From the human T2T-CHM13v2.0 reference genome, Homo sapiens: 64,000 nucleotides of DNA. The stretch lies in the NCBI RefSeq assembly GCF_009914755.1, contig NC_060927.1; one strand, given 5' to 3'. Position 1 is the first letter of the stretch; every line of letters begins with the position of its first letter. Positions 10,401 to 27,052 of this stretch are shown one piece after another. The notes below the pieces were generated by a model, which saw only the letters and a list, made by a program, of their open reading frames with translations, ran no database searches and had not been told where the DNA came from. The position numbers and the translations under genes were made by a program.

Positions 10401-13221
10401 CATCATCATGGAAAACAGGATATGTGAGCCAGACACAAAAAGGGTTATGTACGTTTATACCTTATTCCCTACCTGAAAACTCAATCTGTTTGATTTTTTT
10501 TACAACCCCAAAACATAGTGGATTTGAAAGAAACAGAAAGACCCCCAATTAGTTTTATATAGAACATTAGGATAAATTCATCTTTAAATAAAAAAACAGT
10601 TCTTATACCAAAAATTGTGTATGTTTCCAAAAGTAAAACTAATTTTTTCCATCAGGTGTAATGTTTAAATCACATATCCCTGAGGTAAATGATTATAAGT
10701 GAAACTCTCAGGGACCTGCCATTGGATTCTGTCTTACTCCATCAGCACATCATGGGGAACTCAGACCTCTGGCACGTAAGAGTTATATGCTATATAATTA
10801 TTCAGTGTATTCTGTGCCTATGTTTGCAAAAAAGATACATTTTTAAGCTGGTGCTATTAAATGAGAAAACAAAATATATTTACAACCAGTTGGGAATCTT
10901 TCAAGATGAAAACAACCATTGTAATGGCCATGGGTCTTTATCACCCATTTGCAAAGGGATCGAGGTAGATCCAATTCATTAGTAGAGGTTTTGCTACATA
11001 ATGCATACAAACTGGAGCAATAACTGCGATATAAATGCATTCATTCCAATACATATCACTATAGAATGGGACCCTCGCGCATTATAACCATGGGGACTAA
11101 GATAGGTTTTTTGGTTTTTTTAGTACCAAAGCTTCAAATGGATGAATTTTAAAACTACCAACAATGACATTCATACAAAAATTGGGTGAGATTATGTATA
11201 ATTTTATGTTGAAGTAAGTGCTTTAAGCTTACATAAAAGGTTTTGTTTTCATTGTAACTTAATTTTCAAAGCCTCCAACTTACATCATTTTGCCATTATA
11301 ATCCCTACGTAATGAAATTATAATATCATTACGCAATTACCACTATGATGTCAAGCATTGGGAAATGTTTTGAAAGGTAATTATCGTGGATGGGTATGGG
11401 GTAATTTTCAATTATATTCTTGGATAGAGCTGAGTTTGTTTTTCCTCAAAATGCTAAATTGCTCTATTTAAAGATTGGCTACAGAAACTCTAGAAGGACA
11501 AATTAACAAATAAAACCATTTTCTGCTACTAGACTAAGAGCATCTGGATAGGGGTCCAAATTACATTTTTTTCTCTTCTACACACAATAAAGCCATTTCT
11601 AGTGAAATAAAATTACCTTTCAGATAATAATCTATTTACAAACTTTCAGCCTCATCCACTCTGAAATTGGTTAACGGCAATAACAGAAGAAAAACCAATG
11701 GAGCCAGACCAAATGCAGCAATACGGGCTGCCCTTCTCTGGGTAGATCAGCTCGGGTAAATAATCCCTCCAGTTCACCTTCTGAAAGTCAATTAATATAA
11801 ATGTTTAATTATCTATATTTAATGCATTTTAACTGTAGATAATAGAAAACCTACACACCCAAGATGTCTCTTCAAGCTTGAAAATAAATGATGTGGCACT
11901 AGTTTATCAGATTTAAAATCTCTGAATCAAGACATTGAACTGGATTTTCGATTTTCTGACACTGCCGTCTACATTTTTTTTAAAGTTAATGTATTTTCTC
12001 TCCTATAGATCTTGAGAACTGATTGACTGTATTTTTATGTGCATACTAATACACTATTGTTTAAGCAGTTCAACAGTGAGGGATCACCATTTGGAGCAGT
12101 CAGCCTTAGGATCAATGAAGATGACATTTTAGATAAGTTTCTGCTGAGTACTGGGTGCTTGCAAACTCTACCACCAACATATCTCACAGTAGGGCAAAAT
12201 TAACTCACACTAAAGTCTGAGAAAGTCCACTGTGAACTGCTGAATTTCAGTTCTCAGCAAACATGTACCCTCAAATGGGAGAAAGATAAATAACCAACAA
12301 TGGAAAGAAAACAATGAAATGCTACTTTCTTCCAATTAGAGGGCTATATTGTTTTTGAAAGGTAAATAACATTGCATTATTATATTTCAGGTGTCATTTG
12401 GGCAATAGGTACATTACCCCTTTTGTAAAAACTGGTGGCTATATTTTACTTGGAAAATGCCATTTTAGGGAACATGTTGAAGAACTTGGATCATTAATTA
12501 GGAATTATTACAATTTCATTATTTTCAGGTAGTCTCTACTTACAAATATGCAGTGATTCAGATGTGCAGTTGTAACCCTGTGGTTTACAACTCTAAACGC
12601 ACTTTGTTACACGTGAAGGAGGGCACCTCTCCAAGGTACTGAGCTCTGAAGCCAACAGAGCCCATAATCTCTTAGGAGCCTGATTTTAAGCAAGGTATCA
12701 ACGTTGAGCTATGGGAAAATGCATCCCAATTCCAGCAAGGAAAGCTGGGACCAGCCTTCTGGGTTGCACGTGGTGGATAGGTAGGTGGGGTGGTTCTGGA
12801 ATAGGAGAAAGAGCCTCAGACACCTGCAATGTGTTTCGCTCTACTGGAGAGTTCACTTCTAGTGGCCCTGAAAAGAAGGCACCTCTTGATACTAGTGAGG
12901 CACTGATTTCCCCCGTCTGTAATCACTTCCTGCAGAGAAGACTCCCCCAGGACCCTGAGAGCTATGTAAGAGAAAATATCACCCTACTCACAGGGGAAGG
13001 GGCGGGGTCTCTGCATTAAAGGAATGTTAGAAAAACCAGGAATCATTTTATAATCTGAGAGTTGAGGTGGGGGTGCTATGGGTCTAAGAAGAGTACCAAG
13101 GTAAACACTATTTTATCCAGAAAGCTTCAAGAAAATACAACTTCCTAAATTAAAAAAATTGCAGTGGATATTTCACTCATGTGGTTCTTATCCACCTAAA
13201 TAGGGATTCTGTGGTCACACT

Positions 13222-13450
13222 ACAGTGTGGGATTTAAGGGTGTGGACACCCTGGTCAGACAGGTCTGGGTCAGTGTCCTGATGCACACTCAGGGTCTGTG
13301 ACCCAGGCTAGCCCCTTACCTCATCTGTAAAGTGGGAACATAATATAACCCCACACTAAGCAGTGTTGGGAGGAGGTATGAGGTAATGCACAGAAAAATT
13401 CCAAACAGTGCCGGGTACACAATGGTGCTTTATTAATGCTGGCTTATTAT
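13222..13450 (+). mobile_element. MIR SINE
   Basis: gtcagacaggtctgggt ... cctcatctgtaaagtggg ... gaggtaatgcacagaaaa. Confidence 0.65.
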
Positions 13451-15116
13451 TTTCATATGACCAATATTGCTCTTTTGGGAAAAGTCTCCTTTGCATCTGA
13501 AATAAATCTTCGAGGTACAAAAAAGATCAAAAGAATAGATCAAATCATTCTCATATTTCCTATGGCCAGTAGAGTCACTCATTCACTCATCAAATATTTA
13601 TGGGGCATTTACTGTGTCCTAGAAGCCACACTAGGCATTGGGGATACCAGAGTTGTTCAGCAACTTTTAGACTCAGAGTATTAGGTAAATGTCAAAGAAT
13701 TATGTGGCAGTTAATAGGAGGGCATGAAAGAATTCCTCTGTTGGAGAAGAGCAGGCAGCCAGATCCTAACCCCCACTTTACCCACAGAACAGAGCTTTTA
13801 CCCACAGAACAGAGCTTCTATCTCCTCAATACAGGAGGATTCCTTCTTTCTGGTTAGCTGTGAGAAGCCATAACATTTCTGTAAACTCTTTACTAGTAAT
13901 TTGGATATTACATCTATAAAATAAGCATCTGCTACCCATTTATATCTCATGGGAGATTAATCAACAACCATATGGGAATATTTGGTGTGGCTTTGCCATA
14001 AAAAAGGTATAAGAATATTATTTTTATGAGAATCAGGCAACTCCCAAACTCCTTCTGAATGCCTTTCTTACTCAAAATCTATGTAAACTACAAGACAGGG
14101 CTACAGGCCTGAAGACAGAGGTTATTATTCCATTTTGGAGCTGGTAAGCATGAATAATTTAAGGGTCATAACTGTAAAGGAACAAATGTCAAAAACAAAT
14201 TGACAACTATTCTTTGAGCAAAGTATGGTTCATTTTCAAAAGGTCATTTTAGTAGTTTTCTCAAATAAGTTCTGAAATCTTAACTTCCCATTTTTACATT
14301 TCACACAAGTTCCAGGAAAACACATTTTAGTAAGTGTTAAGGGCACCATGTCCGATAGTAATTGATATTCAGCAAGTGTGTTATAGCCCAGGAGGAGCTG
14401 TGAAGAGCTGATCATTTCCCATCCAGTGGGATGTCAGAGATCCGAATGCAGTGCTCTTCCTGCTGGCCGGCTGTGATGGAAACCGGGCTGTTCACATGAA
14501 TGTGGCATTCATGCACTTGAGACATTCTGGCTGAGCAGAAACTGGCTGTGACACAAACTCCTACTGAATAAAGTAGGGACAGGAACCTCTGACTCAAGGG
14601 CCAGATATAACTCATGCATTTACTTTTGTATGGCCTGGGGCAAGTTTTCTAGAATTATGTATCAGGCAGAGTATATTTCCCTGCTGATAAAATGCAGTAA
14701 TTCCTCCAGCTGCAGAAATGCATCTTGGCTTCTCCATCTCTGATAGAGGTATGATGGCTCAGCACATCACTGCACTGCCCTAAGTCCCAATGTAACCATG
14801 TGGAAGATGGGATAATAATAGCATCCACACCTCACTAGGCTATTGTGAGAATTCAAGTGCACATGTAGGCCCGGAACACAGGAAGATTAAATAAATAGCT
14901 ATTATTATTTATATCCTAGAAGTCCAAAGGTGGGCGATACCTTTCCCTGTGAATGAGCCCTCAGGCACCACATTCACACCTCAGTGAAATGGTTCTGTAG
15001 AAAGGGCAATGATGTGGGGGAAGCCTGGGCCCTAATCCCAGCTAGGGCTCTGACTGGGCATTTGATCTTGGTCAAGTCATTTACCTCTTTAGGCAAATTG
15101 AGGGGTTGGACCACAT

Positions 15117-15283
15117 CAGTGTTTTTAACTGGTTCATCAGAGCCCCAGGGCAGGATTCTGAGATCCTAACCCCCACTTTAGCCAGAGCAGAGCTTTTATC
15201 TCTTCCATACATGAGGAATCCATATGAGATTTCACTTGAAAGAAAAGTTGTTACTGCTTATGAATAAAGTTTAAGAGCCACGG
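15117..15283. mobile_element. MER103C-like hAT-Charlie element
   Basis: cagtgtttttaactg ... cccccactttagccagagcagagcttttatc ... agatttcacttgaaagaaaag ... aaagtttaagagccacgg. Confidence 0.6.
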
Positions 15284-16139
15284 CATAAGGTGATCTATAA
15301 CTCTTTAACTGCCAAAATATATGGGTCAAAGTTCAATACTCTCATAATTAAATTTTAGAAATATACCAAATATACCAAAAAAATTGGAATGGGGGGAAAA
15401 TTGAAAGTCAGATTTCAATGAATTGCTCTACTTTTTTCCCCCACGCTTGTAATAAAAAAAAGGACGAGTTAAAGAGTATTTCTCAACCTCCTTTCCTCCC
15501 TTTATTCCTTCTCTTCTCCTTTCTAATGAGAACATAGAGAATCTAATATATGCTGGAATTTGCACAGGGCACCAAGGATCCAGGAGTGAGCAAACTGACA
15601 GTCTCCTAAAAACTCAGAGGCTACTTAGGAGGAAAGACAATAAACAAGTAGACAAATCAAGATTTAGAAACTGTTAAAAGGCATGCAGATTATGTTAGAA
15701 GGTGAAGTGAGAGAACACAGTGAGTGGCAGACTGATCTACTTAGGTAAGACTGTCTGGGAAGGCCTGTAAGAAGATAAACAACATGCAAATACCCAGGCC
15801 CGGCAGTTCCATATCCAACGATCCTACCCTTCATTCAGCTGTTCACTCCCTTGGCCTTGCCTTAGATCTGGTCAACTGCGGCTCCCTGTCATTTCTAACA
15901 AGCATGGGTGGGAGGAGAGGGGGCCGGCTGAGGGCTGACAGGTGACCAGAGGTATCTCTCTCTTTTTTAAAGAACTTAGTCACTGAGCCCTTGAGATATT
16001 TTAATTAATGCTTTTCCTGTAGATCAGAAACTCTTAATGGAAAAATAATATTTCAACTCCTGGTTTTATATATACATATATTTTTAGTAGGTAATCTACT
16101 TACCCAGTTCAAAATCCACAAAGGATAAAAATATAATGG

Positions 16140-16251
16140 CTGGGCTCTGGGGCCAGGCTGCTTGGGTTCAAATCCTAACTTTGTGACTCAGTAGTTGTGG
16201 GACCTTGGGCAAGTCACTTGAGAACTTTGTGTCTCAGTTTCCTCAGCTGTA

Positions 16252-16282
<31 letters not shown>

Positions 16283-16352
16283 TTCCTCCTGGTGGTGGTG
16301 TGAGGGCTAAATGTAATGACTTGGTGTCTGGCATAAAGTAAGTGCTAAATGA
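16140..16352 (+). mobile_element. MIR SINE with an internal (CA)n at 16252-16277
   Basis: ctgcttgggttcaaatcctaac ... gaccttgggcaagtcactt ... tctcagtttcctcagctgtaa, then the (CA)n run. Confidence 0.8.
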
Positions 16353-17729
16353 ATGGTGTCGTGCAACAAGAACCCAGGAAGGGTTCCAGACTGCTCACAA
16401 CCATACTTCCCTTCCCCTTCTGATGATATAAACTGGAAACTTGAGCCCATAATTTTTCTTTGACACTTTAGCAGAACAGATGGAAACACTATCTCAGCAT
16501 ACTGGTTAAGTATGGACTGTCTTATGCTGCCTAAAACTATGCAATTAACATGCCATTAACCAAATAGGAAACACTGTTTTTTGATGGTGTTAATTAACTA
16601 CAAACCACTCAAGCATATCAGAAAAGGGGAAGATGAGTAAATAGAAAATGCTTGTTTTTGGAGGCATTAATCAACTACAAACCACCCAAGCATATAAGAA
16701 AAGGGCCAGGGGACAGCTGATAAAAATCCAGGGTGACAGGCAGAAGGGATGCTTGATCTGGATAACACTGGCCAGCACATTTCTACAATGTGCTGTAGAA
16801 TGGCCAGCACACTTCTACAATGGAAGTTCTGTTTAGCTTCAACATAACTGAGCTCCTGCTGTCAGAACCGGGCTTGGCAATGGTGACTTTAAGACATCCT
16901 TCCAGCTGTTTCTTGCTAATATATACCTTGGGTGCCTTTGCTCAAGGACCACGCTCTCAGTTCCTGTGGCTTATTTAGGACACCTAACATAACACATTAT
17001 TTGTTCCCTCACAGCAAGGTCTCCTCCTGACAGCCAAGATTCTATTTTTCTGTCATAAGTAATTATAAATGCACACCTCTAAAAAGATTCCCAATTTGAG
17101 GGGCATAATCTATTTTAGATAATAAATCACAGAGACATCTCCATCCCTTGGGCGGCCAAAACGTACAACTCAGATGTATGGGCTCTCACTCTGAATTCTC
17201 CATACCTAAAGAAAAATGCGATGCTCTACTTTTTTCCCTGGGGCAGTTAGGAAAAAAAACAAAACCTGGCACTTTTGTTGGAGCAATTTATATTGGTTTC
17301 ACTCCCACTTTTTTTAAAGCTTCAGATATAACATTTCTATCTTCAAAATTCCACCCAGAAAACTGTCTGAGAGAGTCCCACTCTGAGGTTATTTGTCACT
17401 CCAATTATGCACTTGAGATTACCCCATGCCTCTGCCATCTCAACTCCTCAGTTTTCACCCGAGATTCTCTTATGTTCCTCTACCACGCACACCTGACAGT
17501 CAAGTTCCCTGCTCACAACCAGAAACTAATGGTTCATCTTTATGGCTCATGCCAACCAAACGAACACCTGGCAAATTTTCATTGCTGGTTCCTTCTGATT
17601 TTTATCTTACTAATACCTATTGTAGCTACGTGACAACTTCTGCTTTAATGCAAAGGTTGTATCTTTGCATTCATGGAAACAGGTATCTGAGTGATGTTGA
17701 AATATCGTGTCTGCTGTATAATAATGCCA

Positions 17730-17945
17730 ACAGCTGGTATTTGGTAGGCACTATTCTAAGTGCTTCATATACAGCACCTCATTGAATCTTCACAAGGAAT
17801 AATCGGGGAGGCACTAACTATTATTCGTGTTATTTTATAGATGTAGTAATCAAAATTCATAAAGGTCACACAGTGGGAACTGGTAGTGCTGAAATTCAGA
17901 TGAAGGTCAATTTGACATCCAAACCATATTCTTATACCTTAAACT
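17730..17945 (-). mobile_element. MIR SINE
   Basis: ggcactattctaagtgcttc ... attttatagatg ... aaggtcacacag. Confidence 0.6.
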
Positions 17946-18179
17946 GTATTTTGCCCTGGTATTAACCTTTAGAAGAACAAGGGTAGTTTCTCTCATCTTC
18001 TTTTTAGTTGTAAAGAACCCATTATTCTAAAAAATGAGGCTCAGGTTACCTCATTTAGGGTGTGTAAGACTAAGTGATCAACATTTAATAAAAACAGTGG
18101 CATCTCAAAGTGATGGATTCTCTCTATTTATAGTAAATTATTTTTATTTTCTTATGCATATCGTTTTTCATAGTCCCAC

Positions 18180-18274
18180 CTTGAACACTCAAACTTTCAC
18201 AGGAATCTGGACGCTGCTCAGCCGGCTGTTGACTGGGAGGAACGATTGGTGGGCTCAACATATTTAACCAGTCC
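18180..18274 (-). CDS. CFAP20DC: Penultimate coding exon of CFAP20DC (95 nt): (R)[31 protein letters not shown](G)
   Basis: Acceptor ttgttttctttttag|GGACTGG and donor CAAG|gtggga. Length is 1+93+1 nt, in frame with the terminal exon. The peptide is visible in ORF 18124..18375 and matches the recalled CFAP20DC sequence. Confidence 0.92.
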
Positions 18275-19149
18275 CTAAAAAGAAAACAAAGTGAATGAGC
18301 ATGTCTGGAATTCCATATATAGATTTTAGGTTTCCCATGGATTTTCAGTTCCTTGGGGCTTCCAAAAAGAAACACTTTTTTTCCTCCTTCATATTTCAGA
18401 AAGACAGATGTCCAGATATCAATATCCAGTTTTGTAAATTGGTTAATATGGAGTCAATCACTTAACTAGCCAGTTTGAGAAATACTTCAACTAAATGAAT
18501 ATTCCACTCAAAAGTTTATTATTGTTGTTATTAAATTACAGCAGAGTTCTTTTCACATAAGAAATTATTTCAATAACTCAGAGGAAACGTAGCTGAGATG
18601 AAGCTCCTTATGAGCTTTGGGTAAGAAAGCGTGACAAAGTCACATGCCACATGTCATGGATGGTCACACTCCACAAGGTGACTCAGAACTGAAGTCAGTC
18701 TTGGAGCTGCCATGGACCCCAGCAGTGGTGGGAGTCAGTCTCTCTTAACTCGGGGCTTTTGAGCAGTGAAGGCAAAGGAAGGGGGAGTGAGGGCATTTCC
18801 CCATCTCTTTACTTTCCTTCCTACTGCACTCTTCCCCAGTCTCTTGCTTCCTCTCGTAGATACCTGGGGGGTAGAATTCAAGCTGGTGACATCCAGAAGG
18901 CTTGAGTCACTGCATATTCTACTTTAAGCCCTTCTCATCTCTAAACTTACCACTGAGCTTCACTAGTGGTAAGGAGCAGGCAGGAGGATGTAAAAGATTT
19001 TCCAATGTGAATTCTATTTCTTGCACTGCTATTAGTGCCCGTTATCATTTACCTTATTCTTCTCAATAGAAGTATGTCTTTATAACTAAATAATTTCTTT
19101 CTAAATTTCTGTACTTCCTACGGTATTAATCTACAATGGGAGACAGTTC

Positions 19150-19365
19150 TAGACAACAGCTAAGAGCACTGGCTCTGCAGGCCAGTTCCAGCTCCGTGCT
19201 TCCTACAGTAAGAACTTGGCCACGTCACTTAGCATTGCTAAGATTCATGTGTGAAAAGGAGATAATAACAAAAGAGTTGAGTGTTAGGATTAAACAGAAA
19301 CAAATGGAAGAAAAACATTTGGTGTGAATATGGGTACAGAATTAGCACTCAATAAATTTCAGCTT
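19150..19365 (+). mobile_element. MIR SINE
   Basis: taagagcactggctctg ... gttaggattaaacaga ... gcactcaataaat. Confidence 0.55.
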
Positions 19366-20074
19366 TGACCACTATCATCTTCATTATCAATGAAGATCAT
19401 GGTGTGGACTTACCTACAATGATAAATAAACCAAGGTAGAAATGGACTTTGTTGGAACTAAACCGGTAAAGGATGGTAGAATGATTAACAGTCTATACAA
19501 CAGAGATTTTCCTTACAAACTATTTGCTTTTCCAGCATAAAAAGCATATTAATGTCAAAATTACCTAATTCCTACTTATAATATTTTACGATACTTTCAG
19601 TCACTGCTCACCACAGCTATCACTACATTGTGGCTGGTGAAATATGCAAGGTGAGCATGCTGTGTAATTGAATTTCATAATAACACATTAAGGGCATCAG
19701 AAAGGATTTGTCACAGACTTCCAAGCTAATGGGGCATTTCTGATAAGCACTGTTTATTTAGGCTACTTAATTATAGCAGACCAAAAACTTCCTGCACTAT
19801 AGGAAATTACAAGGTCATATACAAATTACCAGCGCAGTGACCTCATTACTCAATAAGGGTGATGAAGAACAAGGATGAACAGGAGAAAATAATGTAATCA
19901 CATCATGACACCCCCAGCTACAAATCAGAAACTATATAATCACAGTAGGAGCTACCCCAGTGGGGAAAGTGTAGGTGGGAGTTGTGTGAATGTTACGAAA
20001 TGTAAGACACTCACTTCTTAGGTCAATAATTTGATCAATGTTTTTCCTTTTCAGCACTAGCTATGAAAAATACA

Positions 20075-22175
20075 GGGCTCTTCTTTTTGTGATTAAAAAA
20101 ATTTTAGATTTATAGAAAAGTTGCAAGAAGAGTATAAAGAACTACTGTATATCCTTCACCCAGTTTCCCCACCTTTAACATTTTATCATATTTGCTCTCT
20201 ATCTCTTAATCTATGTATCTACTGACCTAACTATATATCTATCTAAACAGGAATCAGCAAACTATGGCCCATGGGCCAAGTCTGGCCCACTGCCTGTTTA
20301 TGTCTAGCTTGCAAACTAAGAATGGTTTTTACATTTTTAAATGGTTAAAAAAATTAAAATAATGTTTCATGACAGATGAAAATTATATAAAATTCGAAAT
20401 TCAGTGTCCATAAATAAAAATGTATGGGAATACAGCCATGCTCATTTGCTTACATTTTGTCTATGGCTGCTTTTGTGCTACAATGGCAGAGTTAAGTAAT
20501 TTATTATCTGCTCCTTTACTGAAAACATCTGATGATCCCTGACCTCTGTAACTGTGCACTCACATTGGTTCCTCCAATACTAATCCAACACCACAGGTTC
20601 ATTCTCATCTTTCTTCTTTCCGTATTTGTAACCCCCCTCTGACAGTGAGGAAACTGGCCCTCAGTATCCTCAAGATATTTACCTACTTCCTGAATTATGG
20701 AAGTTACCGAAAGTAGCTTCAGAATTCCCAAGCAAAACAAACAAGAAACACTTACCCTAAACCTACTCTCTCAAGTTCTCAATTTGCTTACAGATATTTT
20801 TCTTCTCTGGTTAAAATACTATATTCAAAACTGACTTCGGTTCTTTTTTTCCCCATTTTCAATGTGAGTATATTAGTCATTCGAAATACAACGAAAGTCA
20901 TCTGCTTCCTTTTGTGTTACATTTTAGGCTTTTTTCTCCTTTCTTGTTGATTTTTATTACTTTTGTTGTTGTTGTGGATTACATACAACATTAACAATCA
21001 AAAGTCAAAACTACAGAAGGGCACATTTGGGGTAAGAGTCACATCCTCCTATCTCTTCCTGTTTGTTCCCATCCCCTCATAACTTCTACTCTATTCCTAC
21101 CCTCACCTCTAGAGGTAATAAATTTCATTAGTTCTGGTGTTGCCTTTCTGTGTTTCATTTTGCAAAAACTGAACAGATACATGTCTGTTTTTTATTCCCT
21201 TTCTTAAGCAAAAGGTAGCATATTATAATACTCCTTTGTACTTTTATCTTTTCAGCTTATAATTTATCCTGGAAATCATTCCATACCAGTTCATGGAGAG
21301 CTTCCTCATCCTTTTTTTACAGCAGCATAATACGTTACCCTATGGAGGTACTATCATTCATTTCACCCTCTTCTATGTTTGAGCATGTTTTCAATGTTTT
21401 GCAATGATTGCAATGAACACTTAAATGAATAACCTTGGGTATGTTTATTTTTGTATACTTAGAGGTAAATCCTGAAAAGGTAAATTTCTAAAAGTGGGAT
21501 TCCCAGAACAAAAGATAAATGTATACTTGTCTTTGTTAGATATTGGCAAATTCTCTTCACAAGGGTTGTACCTGTCTTCATTCTCACCAGCAATGTATGA
21601 GAATGCTGATTTCCCGAGAGCAACTTTAGAGGAATATGTTGTGAATATTTTAATGCTTTCTGATATGAGAGGTGAGAACTGATACTTTAAAGCAGGCTTG
21701 ATTTGAATTTGTTCTCATTATACGTGGAGTTGACTGTATTTTCACATATTTAAGGGCATGTATGTAATACACATGTGTACATACATACACACACACACAT
21801 ATATATATGCATGTGCCATATATATGATTGTTCACATCTTTTGCCCTTTCTTCTATCAGATTTTTTATCTTTCCCTCACTTTATAGTTTGTCTTTGTTTA
21901 TGGTGGTTTTTCTTTGTGCCATACAAAAGGTTTTATTTTTATGTAGTCAAAGGTATCAGCCATTTAAAAAAAATTGTCTCTGTATTTTGGGTCATTTTTA
22001 TAAAGCCTTTCCCTACAACCAAGTTCTGTGGAAATGCACCCATGTTTTCTTCCATTTACTTAAATGGATTCATTTTTCACAATTAGATTTCTGGTCCATT
22101 TTTAGTTTATTCTGGTATATGGTGTGAGTTTGTTCTGGTATAAGGTATATCTAATTTTACCTCTTTAAAATAACC
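20075..22175 (-). mobile_element. Ancient L1M (L1ME/L1MD-type) fragments, interrupted by MER58B
   Basis: attttagatttatagaaaagttgcaagaagagtataaagaac 3'-end motif, then degenerate antisense ORF2-like sequence (cattctcaccagcaatgtatgaga). Boundaries are approximate. Confidence 0.6.
20249..20541. mobile_element. MER58B hAT-Charlie element
   Basis: caggaatcagcaaactatggcccatgggccaagtctggccc ... ctaagaatggtttttacatttttaaatgg ... tgatgatccctg. Confidence 0.8.
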
Positions 22176-23165
22176 ATAGAGTTATTTTGACAAATAATGT
22201 TATTTTAACACAGATTTAGAAGATTTTATACAATTAAGAAATTTTTAATCAAAGCAACTAACTCATTTGTTTAGCTTTTTACTAAGTAAGCATTTACAAA
22301 GTATAATGTAAAAAGAAAGGTTTCTATTTTAACTAAAATATAAAAAACTTTGGGCTAAACAAAATCAACCAGGACTTTTCTTGCAGGACTTTTCAGAGCT
22401 TTGAAAACACTGTGAGTATCCCAAGAGGAGGCTGGAGTATGCAGCATTGCCCAAATTTATGTATCTAGAACTGTTACATCTTTTGGGACCACAGAACACA
22501 CCTTGGGAAATGATGCTCCAAGTTATACAATTTCCCCACTCTGGTGGCATTTTGTTTGTTTGTTTTGTTTTTTATTTTACTTTATGTATGTTTAATAATT
22601 TTATTTTTAAGCAGAAATGTGCAGTCCAGCATCTGTATCTTACATGTTTACATTTTTATATGTGATATTTAATGCTGGCCCATTGTCTTGATCCTTGATC
22701 AACTCCTTTAAACCTCCATGCTTTCCCCTACATAAGCAGCAAACATTCAAGGAATGGGGAGTTCTAGCTGAGGCTCCTTCACCACATGCCAGTCTTAGCT
22801 TTAGTTCTGAACCATTTCGTGGGTTGGCTTCTTACCCAGACACCTGTGCTTCAGAATCTACTCCTGCTTGCTGTTCCACCATTTCCATACTTGCCCCTTG
22901 GACTTGATACTCTGGTTGGTTTCCTCAGCTCTGACTATAATCCTTATTTATTTATTTATTTATTATACTTTAAGTTTTAGGGTACATGTGCACAACGTGC
23001 AGGTTTGTTACATATGTACACATGTGCCATGTTGGTGTGCTGCACCCATTAACTCGTCATTTAGCATTAGGTATATCTCCTAATGCTATCCCTCCCCCTT
23101 CCCCTCACCCACAACAGGCCCCAGTGTGTGATTTTTCCCTTCCTGTGTCCGTGTGTTCTCATTGT

Positions 23166-26989
<3,824 letters not shown>

Positions 26990-27052
26990 TATGATGTTAG
27001 CTGATTATTTTGCTCGTTAGTTGATGCAGTTTCTTCCTAGCCTTGACGGTCT

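Larger units (their letters stand above)
6984..18179 (-). other. CFAP20DC: Last intron of CFAP20DC (GT-AG, about 11.2 kb)
   Basis: GT at 18179-18178 and AG at 6985-6984 on the minus strand. Confidence 0.85.

Noticed and set aside
17148-17785. Overlapping plus-strand ORFs of 161 and 119 aa
   Set aside because: No recognisable domain or coding-like composition, the longer one has a non-ATG start, they lie antisense in an intron, and the shorter one runs into a MIR.
18124-18375. 83-aa ORF as a standalone gene
   Set aside because: Only 18180-18274 is bounded by splice sites. The flanks are intronic.
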